In this document: one piece after another, positions 11,043 through 20,995 of the stretch
How the letters are laid out: every line of letters starts with the position of its first letter
Position numbering within the stretch: position 1 is the first letter of the stretch
NCBI GenBank assembly: GCA_046095045.1
Contig: JBJTIO010000103.1
Location: forward strand, 1 to 61,984
DNA from: Actinomycetota bacterium
GTDB taxonomy: Bacteria; Actinomycetota; Acidimicrobiia; Acidimicrobiales; Ilumatobacteraceae
Length of the DNA: 61,984 bases
Direction: 5' to 3'
Position numbers and translations under genes: made by a program
The notes under the pieces: generated by a model
Seen by the model: only the letters and a program-made list of their open reading frames with translations
Told to the model about the DNA's origin: nothing
Databases searched by the model: none

Positions 11043-11909
11043 ATGGCGTTTGGAGCCGACGAATCACCCGAGAAGAAGGATGACGGCGCACTCTCGCAGG
11101 TGCCCGAGTTGCTCCTCGACCAGATCGACTCGTTGCGCGTCCTTCGAGCTGACAGCGACGAGGAGAAAGGTGCTCTTCTCGAACAGATCGGCGGCAAGGG
11201 CGTTGTCGAACAGGAGATGGTCGCCCAGATGGCGGCGGCGCGACCGTTGCATCATCCGACCCGCTTCGAGGAGGCGCACCGCATGGTGATGCGCGCCGTC
11301 GAGGTGCTCGATCGCAACGGTCAACGACCGGCGAACGTGCCCCGACTCGGACCGCTCACTCCCGTCGCCAAGTGGCTCGTTCAACAATCGACCCGCTGGA
11401 TCGTGCGCAGCCATCTCACTCGACTACTCAATCGCTTGTGTGGCTTGTACGAACGTCGCGAGGCCAACAGCGAGTGGTCGACACCCGAACACTCGATGCT
11501 TCGCCGCGCGCGTCTCGATGCCCGAAGGGTGCAAGGTGGAATGAGCAACAAGGCGCTCGGTCTGCCCACCTTCCTTCTCGGCGGTGCGTTCCTCACCTCG
11601 ATCGCGAGCGCCCTGCAGAGCGTCGCGCGAGCCGCACTCGAGTCGCGCACGGGTGTGATCGCCCTCAGCGTGGTGGTCGTCGCCATCCTCGCGGCGTTGT
11701 CGTGGGTCGCGCTCTACAGCGCCGGCGTCGCTCGTCGGCGCATTCGGTTGTCCACCGACCAACCAGTGAAGGCGTTGTGGGAGACGATCGGCATGGCGGG
11801 TCGACCTCCGCGCGACGAGAGTTACAACTTCGCCGTGTACGCGATCGTGTTGCTCGTGCTGTCGTGGATCGTCATTCCGTTCGCGGTGTGGCTGGCCATC
11901 ACCGCCTGA
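11043..11909 (+). CDS. hypothetical membrane protein (soluble N-terminal ~170 aa plus C-terminal TM helices)
   Basis: In-frame ATG 11043 inside ORF 10788..11909; the upstream part is antisense to mscL. Hydrophobic segments LPTFLLGGAFL..., VIALSVVVVAILAAL..., FAVYAIVLLVLSWIVIPFAVWLAI. No family recognised. Confidence 0.65.
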   Translation: MAFGADESPEKKDDGALSQVPELLLDQIDSLRVLRADSDEEKGALLEQIGGKGVVEQEMVAQMAAARPLHHPTRFEEAHRMVMRAVEVLDRNGQRPANVPRLGPLTPVAKWLVQQSTRWIVRSHLTRLLNRLCGLYERREANSEWSTPEHSMLRRARLDARRVQGGMSNKALGLPTFLLGGAFLTSIASALQSVARAALESRTGVIALSVVVVAILAALSWVALYSAGVARRRIRLSTDQPVKALWETIGMAGRPPRDESYNFAVYAIVLLVLSWIVIPFAVWLAITA

Positions 11910-11916
11910 CACAACC

Positions 11917-13179
11917 TCAGCGTGGGTTCTCGGGGGTCTCGAGTTCCTCGAATCGATCGACGCGACGAAGGGTCGGGAAGAAGACCGAGTACAGAGCCAC
12001 GATGCCGACTGTCGCCACGCCGCCACCGATCACAGCGGTTTGCGTGCCGAATGCCTGAGCGGCGACACCGCTCTCGAACGCACCGAGCTCGTTGCTCGCG
12101 CCGATGAAAACGTTCTCGACCGCCATCACGCGCCCGCGCTTGTCGTCCGGAGTCACGAGTGGCACGAGGGTGCTGCGAATGAACACGCTGATCATGTCGG
12201 CGCCCGCCAACACCACGAGCGCGATGAACGCAACGAGATAACTCGTGGTCACGCCCAACATGACCGTTGCCACGCCGAAGATTCCGACGACGAGGAGCAA
12301 GGTGCGGCCCACACGTCGGGTCACCGGTCGCGACGCCAACACCAAGGCCATCAATGCCGCACCGATGCCGGGTGCCGCACGCAACCAGCCGTAGGCGACG
12401 TCGCCGACGCCCAGACGTTCCTCGGCGATCGCCGGGAGCAACGCGACCGCACCACCGAACAGAACGGCGAACAAGTCGAGAGAGATCGCGGCGAGCAGGA
12501 TGGGAGTGCGACGGATGAAGCGCAACCCTTCGAGAGCCGTGTGCAACGACACCTTCTCGATGTTCGGGTCGCGCGGCGCCGGCGGGTTGACGAAACGGAT
12601 GGCGAGGATGAAGAACATGCCGCCGCCCACCATCGCCGCGGAAACCGCGTAAGCCACGAAAGGATCGACCGCGTAGAGGATGCCGCCGAGCGCGGGTCCG
12701 ATGATGGCCGCCGAAGTCCAGGTGGCCGAATAGAGCGCGATCGTTCGAGGCAACGCGCCGTTGGGGGCGACCATCGGAGGGATCGAGCGGATCGACGGAG
12801 CGGCGAAGGCGCGCGCCACACCGAACAGAACGGCGATCACGAAGAGCGGCCACACCGCCGTCGGATCGGAGAGCGCGTACATCATCAACGCGAGCGAGCA
12901 CAGCGCCTCGGCGCCGATCGCCAACGCACCGATGAGTTTGCGGTTGTAACGATCGGCCACGGTTCCGGTGACGAGAACCAACAAAGCGGCGGGCAGAAAC
13001 TCGGCGAGTCCGAGCAGGCCGATGTCGAGTTCGCGACCGGTGATGTCGTACACCTGCTTGCCGAGAACGGTGGCCTGCAACATCACGCCGGCCGAAGTGA
13101 GAATGCTCGAGCCAAGCAGATTGCGAACCGGCGCGACCCTCAGCAAAGCCCGCGTGCTCGTGGACGGATCATCGGTCAT
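11917..13179 (-). CDS. MFS transporter (EntS/MFS_3-like)
   Basis: 420 aa polytopic protein; N-terminal LLRVAPVRNLL...S motif and conserved DRYNRK loop typical of this MFS subgroup. Confidence 0.88.
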   Translation of the reverse strand: MTDDPSTSTRALLRVAPVRNLLGSSILTSAGVMLQATVLGKQVYDITGRELDIGLLGLAEFLPAALLVLVTGTVADRYNRKLIGALAIGAEALCSLALMMYALSDPTAVWPLFVIAVLFGVARAFAAPSIRSIPPMVAPNGALPRTIALYSATWTSAAIIGPALGGILYAVDPFVAYAVSAAMVGGGMFFILAIRFVNPPAPRDPNIEKVSLHTALEGLRFIRRTPILLAAISLDLFAVLFGGAVALLPAIAEERLGVGDVAYGWLRAAPGIGAALMALVLASRPVTRRVGRTLLLVVGIFGVATVMLGVTTSYLVAFIALVVLAGADMISVFIRSTLVPLVTPDDKRGRVMAVENVFIGASNELGAFESGVAAQAFGTQTAVIGGGVATVGIVALYSVFFPTLRRVDRFEELETPENPR

Positions 13180-13218
13180 TGATGGTTCACCCTAGTGTCA
13201 CCTGCTAGTAATTCGATC

Positions 13219-14658
13219 ATGGGTTCGATCGCCGACGACACACGATGGATGGACGCGACTGCACAAGCGGAACTCGTCGCTCGTGGTGACGTCACTCCGC
13301 TCGAGTTGGTCGAAGCTGCAATTTCGCGCATCGAGAAGTTCGATCCGATCCTGAATGCCGTGACGTATCGATGGTTCGACGACGCGCGCGCACTTGCCAA
13401 CAACCCCGATCTTCCGCGTGGTCCATTCCATGGGGTGCCCTATCTGTTGAAGGACCTCTTCGCCGCCGAGGCCGGCAAGCCCCTGAGCAATGGCAACAAG
13501 GCGCACAAGGCCGCTCACTACGTCTCCAGCGCCGACACCACCTTGGTGAGCCGTTACAAAGCGGCAGGACTCATCAGTCTCGGACGCACGAACAGTCCCG
13601 AACTCGGCAGCGTTCCGGTGACCGAACCCGAGGCCTGGGGACCGACGCGCAACCCCTGGGACACGTCGCGCACGTCGGGCGGTTCGAGTGGTGGTTCGGC
13701 ATCGGCAGTCGCGGCCGGCATGGTGCCCATCGCCCACGCGAGCGATGGTGGCGGCTCCATTCGCATTCCGGCGGCATGCTGCGGTCTCGTCGGGCTGAAA
13801 GTGTCGCAGGGTCGCATCTCGATGGGACCCGCACGCGACGAGAGCAACCTGGGTGTCGAACATTGCGTGAGTCGCACGGTGCGCGACTCGGCGCGTTTGC
13901 TCGACGCGACGCACGGACGAGGGATCGGCGACGTGATCATCGCGCCGGCACCGTCGCGACCCTTCATCGACGAAGTCGGTGCCGATCCCGGACGCCTGCG
14001 CATCGGTTTGCTCGACCACAGCCCGCGTGGGTTCGCCACCGACCCCGAATGCGTCACCGGCGTGCACAACACCGCCAAGTTGCTCGAGTCACTCGGTCAT
14101 CACGTGGAGCCCGCGTGGCCCGAAGCCCTCGCCGACAACGAGGCGGGACGAACCTTCGGACAAATGTGGAGCACGAACATGGGAATGTCGTTGCGCCGTT
14201 TCGCCGAGGCTCTCGGTCGCGAGATGACGGCCGACGATGTCGAGATGATGAACTGGGCTCAAGCGCAGTTCGCCAACGAGGTCAGTGGTGTCGATTACGC
14301 CGCCGCCTTGTCGGCCGCCGTGTCGTTCCGTCGTCGGGTGCAGTCATGGTGGAGCGAGGGTTGGGACCTGTTGCTCACACCCACTCTCGCCGCACCTCCG
14401 GTTCCCGTCGGTTCGATGCTGAACGATCCCGACAAGCCGATGCGTCCGCTGATGACGGCGGGGCAATGGGTCACCTTCACCGGACAGTTCAACATGAGCG
14501 GACAGCCGGCCATCAGCCTTCCGCTTCATCGCACCGCCTCCGGCCTGCCGGTCGGGATGCAACTGGTCGCTGCTTACGGTCGCGAGGACGTGCTCATTCG
14601 CGTCGCCTCGCAACTCGAGCAGGCCGCCCCGTGGGCGCACCTGACGCCAACTTTCTGA
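13219..14658 (+). CDS. amidase (amidase-signature family)
   Basis: AS-family motif GGSSGGSASAVAAG and Ser-cisSer-Lys context. Alternative GTG start at 13195. Confidence 0.9.
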   Translation: MGSIADDTRWMDATAQAELVARGDVTPLELVEAAISRIEKFDPILNAVTYRWFDDARALANNPDLPRGPFHGVPYLLKDLFAAEAGKPLSNGNKAHKAAHYVSSADTTLVSRYKAAGLISLGRTNSPELGSVPVTEPEAWGPTRNPWDTSRTSGGSSGGSASAVAAGMVPIAHASDGGGSIRIPAACCGLVGLKVSQGRISMGPARDESNLGVEHCVSRTVRDSARLLDATHGRGIGDVIIAPAPSRPFIDEVGADPGRLRIGLLDHSPRGFATDPECVTGVHNTAKLLESLGHHVEPAWPEALADNEAGRTFGQMWSTNMGMSLRRFAEALGREMTADDVEMMNWAQAQFANEVSGVDYAAALSAAVSFRRRVQSWWSEGWDLLLTPTLAAPPVPVGSMLNDPDKPMRPLMTAGQWVTFTGQFNMSGQPAISLPLHRTASGLPVGMQLVAAYGREDVLIRVASQLEQAAPWAHLTPTF

Positions 14659-14665
14659 GTCGTCG

Positions 14666-14980
14666 TCAACCGAGCGAGCGTTCGGCGCTCACCGCGTCAA
14701 TGTCGATCGTCCCGTATATGTGCGGAAATTCATCGGGAGCATCACCCAGTCGCTCGACGACGACCTTCGACGAGAGGCGAGTTTCGTCGATCTCGAGCAA
14801 CACCAACTCGTCGTCGGCGAGGTCGGCGTAGAAGCGCTCACGGACTCCGCGCCACTGGTGTTCGAAACTGCAGTGCGTGTATCCCTCATCCTCGACGGTG
14901 ATGCCCCGGGTCGACCACGGATAGCGACCCTCGGTCTTCGCTCGTTCCCAATCTGAACGAATCGCGAGATGCAGGATCAC
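14666..14980 (-). CDS. DUF952 domain-containing protein
   Basis: 104 aa; pattern ...EGYTHCS...LVLLEID...FPHIYG... characteristic of DUF952. GTG start overlaps the stop of the upstream SDR (GTGA). Confidence 0.8.
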   Translation of the reverse strand: MILHLAIRSDWERAKTEGRYPWSTRGITVEDEGYTHCSFEHQWRGVRERFYADLADDELVLLEIDETRLSSKVVVERLGDAPDEFPHIYGTIDIDAVSAERSLG

Positions 14981-15756
14981 CGAGCGGTCCAGCCGCCGTC
15001 GACCACGACTTCCTGGCCGGTCATGAACGTCGACGCATCGGACGCGAGCAACAACAGCGCGCCGTCGAGTTCGGCGAGTTCGCCCATCCGCGGAATGGGC
15101 GAGTTCTGACGAAGGAAGTTCATGCTCGCCTCATCGTCCATCGCCACGGTCATCTCGGACGGGAACCAACCCGGACACAGTGCGTTGACACGCACGTTGC
15201 GTCGCGCCCATTGCAAACCGAGTTCGCGGGTGAGGTTGAGCACCGCGCCCTTCGACGCGCAATAGTGCGACTGCTTCACGGGTGAGGCGCCCACGATGCC
15301 GAACATCGACGCGATGTTGACGATGCTGCCGCCACCGGCCTCACGCATGTACGGAGCGCACAACTTCGACAGATGCCAGATCGCCGTGACATTGACCTCC
15401 ATCGCGGTGCGGAAAGTCTCGAGGTCCTCGTCCTCGACCGCAACCTTGTGTCCGACACCGGCGTTGTTCACGAGCACGCGCGGGGGTCCGACACGTTCGA
15501 CGGTCTCGCGCACCAACCGTTCACGATCGGCGGGTTGCTGAAGATCAGTGGCGATCGCGATCGATCCGGGCAGCTCCGACATCAACTGCTCCAATCGATC
15601 CACCCGCCGAGCCGCCAACACCACCGTGGCACCGACGGCGTGAAGAACACGGGCGAAGTGAACTCCGAGACCGGACGATGCGCCGGTGACGATGGCGACG
15701 CGACCGTCGAGCCGAAATATCGAAAGGGGGTTCATCGCGGGAGACGTCGTGGACAT
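14977..15756 (-). CDS. SDR family oxidoreductase
   Basis: TGASSGLG cofactor motif, NNAG, and Y-x3-K (YCASKGA). Confidence 0.9.
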   Translation of the reverse strand: MSTTSPAMNPLSIFRLDGRVAIVTGASSGLGVHFARVLHAVGATVVLAARRVDRLEQLMSELPGSIAIATDLQQPADRERLVRETVERVGPPRVLVNNAGVGHKVAVEDEDLETFRTAMEVNVTAIWHLSKLCAPYMREAGGGSIVNIASMFGIVGASPVKQSHYCASKGAVLNLTRELGLQWARRNVRVNALCPGWFPSEMTVAMDDEASMNFLRQNSPIPRMGELAELDGALLLLASDASTFMTGQEVVVDGGWTAR

Positions 15757-15782
15757 GCGGCAAGGCTAGGGCGACCGGGTCG

Positions 15783-16526
15783 ATGGTGTGCCACGATGAG
15801 TCCATGGTTGCTCGTCACGTCGTGTTGGTTCATGGTGCCTGGCACGGTGCATGGTGCTGGTCGGCGTTGCAAGCCGAACTCGATCGTCGAGGAGTTCCGA
15901 GCATCGCCATCGATCTGCCCGGACACGGCGCGTCGACGGCACCGCTCACCGATCTGCACGGTGACGCCCAATGCGTGGTCGACGTGCTCGAGGTGCTCCG
16001 TAATCGAGGGGTCGAACAACCTGTCCTCGTGGGTCATTCCTACGGAGGCGCGGTCATCACCCAGGCCGCGGCTTGGCATCCACAACTGTCGCATCTCGTG
16101 TACGTCGCGGCCTTCGCTCCGAACGACGGAGAGAGCGTGATGAGTGCGCTTCTCTCATTTCCACCCGCCAAGGTCGGTCTGCAAGCCGCGATGGTGGGGC
16201 GCAACGATGGCACGTCGGTGCTCGATCCGATCCTCGCCAAGACCGCGTTGTACGGAGATTGCGATCCGGTCGCCGCCGATGCCGCACTGGCCCGTCTGTC
16301 GCCCCAGCCGAACGCGACCGTGTCGCAAGCAGTCGCCGGCTCACCGCGCGACTCGATCGCGTCGACCTACGTGCTGTGCACCCGCGACGACTCGGTGCAC
16401 CCCGACCATCAGGCGATCATGGCCGAGCGTTGCCGATCGACCGTGCGCATCGAAACCGATCACTCACCGTTCCTCTCGAGAGTGAGCGAGACCGCCGACG
16501 TACTCGAAGGAATCGCGCGCTCGTGA
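15783..16526 (+). CDS. alpha/beta hydrolase (esterase-type)
   Basis: VVLVHGAWHGAWCW N-terminal motif and nucleophile elbow GHSYGG. Alternative start ATG 15804. Confidence 0.85.
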   Translation: MVCHDESMVARHVVLVHGAWHGAWCWSALQAELDRRGVPSIAIDLPGHGASTAPLTDLHGDAQCVVDVLEVLRNRGVEQPVLVGHSYGGAVITQAAAWHPQLSHLVYVAAFAPNDGESVMSALLSFPPAKVGLQAAMVGRNDGTSVLDPILAKTALYGDCDPVAADAALARLSPQPNATVSQAVAGSPRDSIASTYVLCTRDDSVHPDHQAIMAERCRSTVRIETDHSPFLSRVSETADVLEGIARS

Positions 16527-17428
16527 AGATTCGAGTCGGATACGGACTGGGTGTGCGCACCCGACTCAACGACGAGGGATTCGGTCGTGTCGTCGACGCT
16601 CTCGAGAGTTTGCGCTTCGACAGTCTGTGGTTGAGCGAACGCATCGGCGGCGAGGCACCCGACCCGCTCGTTGGCATGGCCTACGCGGCCGGTCGCACCA
16701 CGCGCTTGAAGTTCGGCATGAGCGTGATGGTGTTGCCGGGTCGCAATCCGGTCGTGTTGGCGAAGGAACTCGCCACTCTCGATCGCTTGTCGGGCGGTCG
16801 CTTGCTGCCGGCCTTCGGCCTGGGCGTCGCCGACCCGCACGAGCAACAGGCGTTCGGTGTCGCGCGCGAACAACGCGCCAAGCTCTTCAATGAAGCGATC
16901 TCGGTGATTCGCGCGTGCTGGACCCAGGACTCGGTCACGCATCACGGCGACTTCTTCCACTACGACGACTTGCGGGTGCAACCGAAGCCCAAACAAACGC
17001 CGCCCGACGTGTGGCTCGGTGGAATCGCGCCGAGCGAGTTGAAGCGCGTCGGACGACTGGCCGATGGTTGGTTGCCGAGCGTCGTCACGGCAGCCGATGT
17101 CGAGAAGGGTCGCATCGAGGTCGAGCGCGCCGCGCGCGAACACGATCGCGAGATCGACCCCGAGCACTTCGGAGCGTTGATTCCCTACGCCCACGGCCCT
17201 CTGCCCGACGCGCTGATCGCCGGGTTGCGTCAACGCCGACCCGACCTCGACGATGTCGGGCAGTTGGTGCCACGAGGCTGGGACGAGTTGCGCGCGACCA
17301 TCGGGCGATTCGTCGACGTCGGCTTCTCGAAATTCGTGGTGCTACCGATCGTCGAGCCTTCGACCGCCGACGAATGGGTCGACCACCTCGGCGTTGCGGC
17401 AGGCGAACTCTTGAATCTGCAGACCTGA
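16523..17428 (+). CDS. LLM class F420-dependent oxidoreductase
   Basis: Starts VKIRVGYGLG at GTG 16523, overlapping the upstream stop (GTGA). Luciferase-like TIM barrel sequence. The ORF-track extension 16073..16522 is out-of-frame overlap with the hydrolase gene. Confidence 0.85.
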   Translation: MKIRVGYGLGVRTRLNDEGFGRVVDALESLRFDSLWLSERIGGEAPDPLVGMAYAAGRTTRLKFGMSVMVLPGRNPVVLAKELATLDRLSGGRLLPAFGLGVADPHEQQAFGVAREQRAKLFNEAISVIRACWTQDSVTHHGDFFHYDDLRVQPKPKQTPPDVWLGGIAPSELKRVGRLADGWLPSVVTAADVEKGRIEVERAAREHDREIDPEHFGALIPYAHGPLPDALIAGLRQRRPDLDDVGQLVPRGWDELRATIGRFVDVGFSKFVVLPIVEPSTADEWVDHLGVAAGELLNLQT

Positions 17429-17437
17429 GCGCGCGGC

Positions 17438-18475
17438 TCAGACGAACGGCGTCAGCCAGGCGTGAACGTTGCGACCGATCGCCTCGATGTCGTAGCCGCC
17501 CTCTTGCAACACGACCGTCGGTAGTCCGATTTGACGCACGACCTCACCGCAACGGCGATAACCATCGGTGGTGAGAGCCAAGTCGCTGATCGGGTCGTTC
17601 CAGTAGGTGTCGAGCCCCAGCGACACGATCACCATCGACGGCGCGAACGCCGCGATACTCGCGCACGCGATGCCGAGTCGGTCGACGTACTCGTCATCCT
17701 CGGCCTCGGCCTCGAACACCACGTTCAGGTTCGCCCCACGACCCTTGCCGGCGCCGATCTCGTCCTCGTGACCGATGAACCACGGATACGCGCGATTGGG
17801 GTTGCCATGCAGCGACACGAATTGCACGTCGTCACGCTCGTAGAAGATCTGCTGCGTGCCGTTGCCGTGGTGATAGTCGACGTCGAGAACCGTCACCTTC
17901 GTGCCGGTGGTCGACGCCACATGATGAGCGACGACAGCGGCGTTGTTGAAGTAGCAGAATCCGCCGAACACGCTGCGCGCCGCGTGATGTCCGGGAGGCC
18001 GACACAGCCCGTACGCCGACGACGCACCCGCGAGCACCTTGTCGGCGGCGGTGAGAGCGACGTCGACCGAGGCTCGCGCGGCGACGTATGTTCCCTCGAC
18101 CATCGGCGTCGCGGTCTCGTAGCACCAGTAGCCGAACGCGGCGGCGGCGCCATTGGGCGGACGAGCATCGCTCATTCCGTCGCGCAAGCCGGTGTGCAAC
18201 ATGGCTTCGGGAGCGAATTCGGAACGACCCGTCGCGCGATGCATCTCGGGCCACGCGGTTTCGAGGTAGTCGATCAAACCGTGATCGTGGACTGCTTCGA
18301 TCGGCGCGCGCCCGTGCTCGACCAAATCGACGAATCGAAAGCGATCGTCGGTCTCGAGTTCGCGACGAATGGTCTCGGCTCGCTCACCTCGCTCGTAGGT
18401 GGGGATCGGTTGTCCGAGGTTGATCTCGAGTTTCGGGTTCTGTCGCCGATGCAGATCGGTCCAAACGACGTCCAT
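17438..18475 (-). CDS. histone deacetylase-family amidohydrolase (acetylpolyamine/acetoin-utilisation type)
   Basis: RPPGHHA and DVDYHHGNGTQ zinc/active-site motifs. ATG 18475 (MDVVWTD...) chosen; the upstream 86 codons look non-coding. Confidence 0.88.
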   Translation of the reverse strand: MDVVWTDLHRRQNPKLEINLGQPIPTYERGERAETIRRELETDDRFRFVDLVEHGRAPIEAVHDHGLIDYLETAWPEMHRATGRSEFAPEAMLHTGLRDGMSDARPPNGAAAAFGYWCYETATPMVEGTYVAARASVDVALTAADKVLAGASSAYGLCRPPGHHAARSVFGGFCYFNNAAVVAHHVASTTGTKVTVLDVDYHHGNGTQQIFYERDDVQFVSLHGNPNRAYPWFIGHEDEIGAGKGRGANLNVVFEAEAEDDEYVDRLGIACASIAAFAPSMVIVSLGLDTYWNDPISDLALTTDGYRRCGEVVRQIGLPTVVLQEGGYDIEAIGRNVHAWLTPFV

Positions 18476-18485
18476 GAACGAGAGC

Positions 18486-19268
18486 CTAAGCGCGACCGGT
18501 GTCACGGAACGGTGTGTCGAGGAAAGGCGGCCAGTCACCGCCACCGTGCACTTCGATGGTGGCACCACTGACGTACGACGCCAACGGCGATGCAAGGTAC
18601 GCGCACACGTCGCCGATCTCCTCGGGCCATGCGAGCCGCCCGATCGGAATCTGCGCCCCCGTGCGCCGCACACCTTCCTCGTCGCCGTAATGCAGATGTG
18701 CCAACTCGGTGCGCACCATGCCAACGGTGACAAGGTTGACGCGCACCTTGGGAAGCCATTCCTGACCGGTGGTGCGTGTGTAGTTGGCCAACCCGGCCTT
18801 GGCCGCGCCGTACGCGGCGACGGTGGGTGCGGGACGCTCGGCCGACACGCTGCCGATGTTCACGATGGCTCCGCCGTCGGGTTGCTTCTGCATGTGGCGG
18901 TTGGCGGCCTGACTGCACCACATCGCCGAGAACAAGTTGACCGCGACGATCTTCTGCGCGAAGTTCGCCGACGCGGTCGACGTTTCCGACGGCGGACTTC
19001 CACCGGCGTTGTTCACCAGCACGTCGATGCGACCGAATCGTTCGACCACGGCATCGATCAGCGCGTCGGCTTGCTCCGGTTCGCGCAGATCGACCGCGAA
19101 TCCGGTCCAGTCGGCGGGAAGGTCATCGGGCAGGTTGCGCGCGCACACCACGACCGTCGCTCCGGCATCGGCGAAACGACGCGCGATGCCCTTGCCGACA
19201 CCCTTAGTCCCGCCGGTGATGAGAGCCACCTTGCCCGAGAAATCGATGGTCAATGCCACGACCTGCAC
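18486..19268 (-). CDS. SDR family oxidoreductase (positionally Rv3549c-like)
   Basis: TGGTKGVGKG, NNAG, Y-x3-K (YGAAKAG); divergent from the echA20-like gene. Confidence 0.88.
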   Translation of the reverse strand: MQVVALTIDFSGKVALITGGTKGVGKGIARRFADAGATVVVCARNLPDDLPADWTGFAVDLREPEQADALIDAVVERFGRIDVLVNNAGGSPPSETSTASANFAQKIVAVNLFSAMWCSQAANRHMQKQPDGGAIVNIGSVSAERPAPTVAAYGAAKAGLANYTRTTGQEWLPKVRVNLVTVGMVRTELAHLHYGDEEGVRRTGAQIPIGRLAWPEEIGDVCAYLASPLASYVSGATIEVHGGGDWPPFLDTPFRDTGRA

Positions 19269-19293
19269 CCTAGTGCCGCACCCGCCTTCGTTT

Positions 19294-19308
19294 CTGACGC
19301 TTCGTCAG
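19294..19308. promoter_or_regulatory. perfect palindrome CTGACG-CTT-CGTCAG abutting the ATG of the echA20-like gene
   Basis: Seen directly in the 40-nt divergent intergenic region 19269..19308. No Shine-Dalgarno between it and the ATG at 19309. Confidence 0.35.
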
Positions 19309-20094
19309 ATGGCGAGTAGCCTCGCCACCGTGGGAATCACTGCGAAGATCGACGACCGCGGCATCGCCGAAGTGGTCATGGACTGTCCGCCCGTCAATGC
19401 CCTCACCGTGGCCGAGTGGTTCGGACTCGCCGACACCATCACTGCTCTCGGACGTGATGCGGCGGTGCGCGTGGTCGTGCTGCGCGCCGAAGGTCGGGGC
19501 TTCAACGCCGGTGTCGACATCAAGGAGATGCAGAACACCGACGGCTTCGATGCACTCATCGGTGCCAACAAGGGTTGTTTCGCCGCCTTCGCCGCGATCT
19601 ACGACTGCCCGGTGCCGGTGATCTCGGCCGTCGCAGGATTCTGCGTCGGCGGAGGCATTGGCCTCGTCGGCAACAGCGACATCATCATCGCGAGCGACGA
19701 CGCGTTCTTCGGACTTCCCGAGGTCGACCGCGGCGCGCTGGGCGCGGCGACGCACCTCGCGCGTCTGGTGCCTCAGCACAAGATGCGGGCGATGGTCTAC
19801 ACCTCGGCCACGGCGACCGCCGCCGAGTTGCATGCTTTCGGCAGCGTTCTTCAAGTGGTTCCGCGAGCGGAGTTGCGCGATGCCGCGATGACGCTCGCCG
19901 CGAGCATCGCCGACAAGCATCCCACCGTCATTCGCGCCGCCAAGGAGAGCCTGAACGGCATCGACCTTTGGGATGTGAAGCGCAGCTACCGATTCGAACA
20001 AGGATTCACCTTCGAGTTGAACCTCACCGGAGTCAGCGACGAGTTACGCGACGATTTCGCGGGCACCAACAAGAAGAACGAAAAGAAGAACTGA
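19309..20094 (+). CDS. enoyl-CoA hydratase family protein, EchA20-like by position
   Basis: Crotonase fold (AEGRGFNAGVDIKE, oxyanion-hole region); sits directly upstream of the ipdAB-like genes. Confidence 0.85.
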   Translation: MASSLATVGITAKIDDRGIAEVVMDCPPVNALTVAEWFGLADTITALGRDAAVRVVVLRAEGRGFNAGVDIKEMQNTDGFDALIGANKGCFAAFAAIYDCPVPVISAVAGFCVGGGIGLVGNSDIIIASDDAFFGLPEVDRGALGAATHLARLVPQHKMRAMVYTSATATAAELHAFGSVLQVVPRAELRDAAMTLAASIADKHPTVIRAAKESLNGIDLWDVKRSYRFEQGFTFELNLTGVSDELRDDFAGTNKKNEKKN

Positions 20095-20098
20095 TCAC

Positions 20099-20995
20099 AT
20101 GTCCGATGTTCGCAACAAGGTGATCGACGAACAGCAAGCGATCGCCACGATCGAGAGCGGCATGACCATCGGCATCGGTGGTTGGGGCAGCCGACGCAAA
20201 CCCATGAGCCTCGTGCGCGCGCTGTTGCGCTCCGACGTGCGCGACCTCACCGTCGTGTCGTACGGCGGACCCGACGTCGGACTGTTGTGCGCCGCCGGCA
20301 AGGTGCGACGTCTGATCTACGGTTTCGTGTCGCTCGATTCGATCGCCCTGGAGCCACACTTCCGTGCGGCGCGTCAGGCCGGAACGATCGCCGAGCCGGT
20401 GGAATACGACGAGGGAATGTTGCAGTGGGCGTTGTACGCCGGCTCGTTGCGGTTGCCGTTCCTCCCCACCCGCGCCGGACTCGGCAGCGGGGTGATGGAT
20501 GTGAACCCGAACCTGAAGACCGTCGCGTCTCCGTACGCCGACGGCGAACAACTGCTCGCCGTCCCCGCGATTCGTCTCGACGCCGCCTTCGTGCACATGA
20601 ATCGCGCCGATGCCCGTGGCAACGCGCAATACCTCGGACCCGATCTCTACTTCGACGACTTGTTCCTCGGAGCCTGCGAACCCGGACGTCGTTTCGTGTC
20701 GGCGGAAAAGATCATCGACACCACCGAATTGCTGAACGAGGGCACGTTCCACACCCTTCGCATCAACCGTGCCATGGTCGACGGCGTGATTCACGCTCCG
20801 AACGGTGCGCACTTCACCACGTGCGAACCCGACTACGGACGCGACGAGGCATTCCAAAAGGCCTACGTCGATGCCGCCCGTGACGCCGACACGTGGAAGG
20901 CGTTCGTCGATCGGTTCTTGTCGGGCGACGAGTCGAGCTATCAACGGGCCGTCGCGGAGTGGCGCGCCGACAAGGCGAAGGAGGCGACGAAGTGA
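20099..20995 (+). CDS. ipdA: CoA-transferase family I alpha subunit, IpdA-like
   Basis: GIGGWGSRRKPM, VVSYGGPD, FVSLD and GAHFTT strings; synteny with crotonase upstream and beta subunit downstream. Confidence 0.75.
   Translation: MSDVRNKVIDEQQAIATIESGMTIGIGGWGSRRKPMSLVRALLRSDVRDLTVVSYGGPDVGLLCAAGKVRRLIYGFVSLDSIALEPHFRAARQAGTIAEPVEYDEGMLQWALYAGSLRLPFLPTRAGLGSGVMDVNPNLKTVASPYADGEQLLAVPAIRLDAAFVHMNRADARGNAQYLGPDLYFDDLFLGACEPGRRFVSAEKIIDTTELLNEGTFHTLRINRAMVDGVIHAPNGAHFTTCEPDYGRDEAFQKAYVDAARDADTWKAFVDRFLSGDESSYQRAVAEWRADKAKEATK

Noticed and set aside
13180-13218. Shared octamer GTCACCTG in the MFS/amidase divergent region (13198..13205) and in the sdhC/hppA region (61301..61308) as a common operator
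   Set aside because: An 8-mer is expected to recur by chance about once or twice in 62 kb on two strands, and there is no extended similarity around it.
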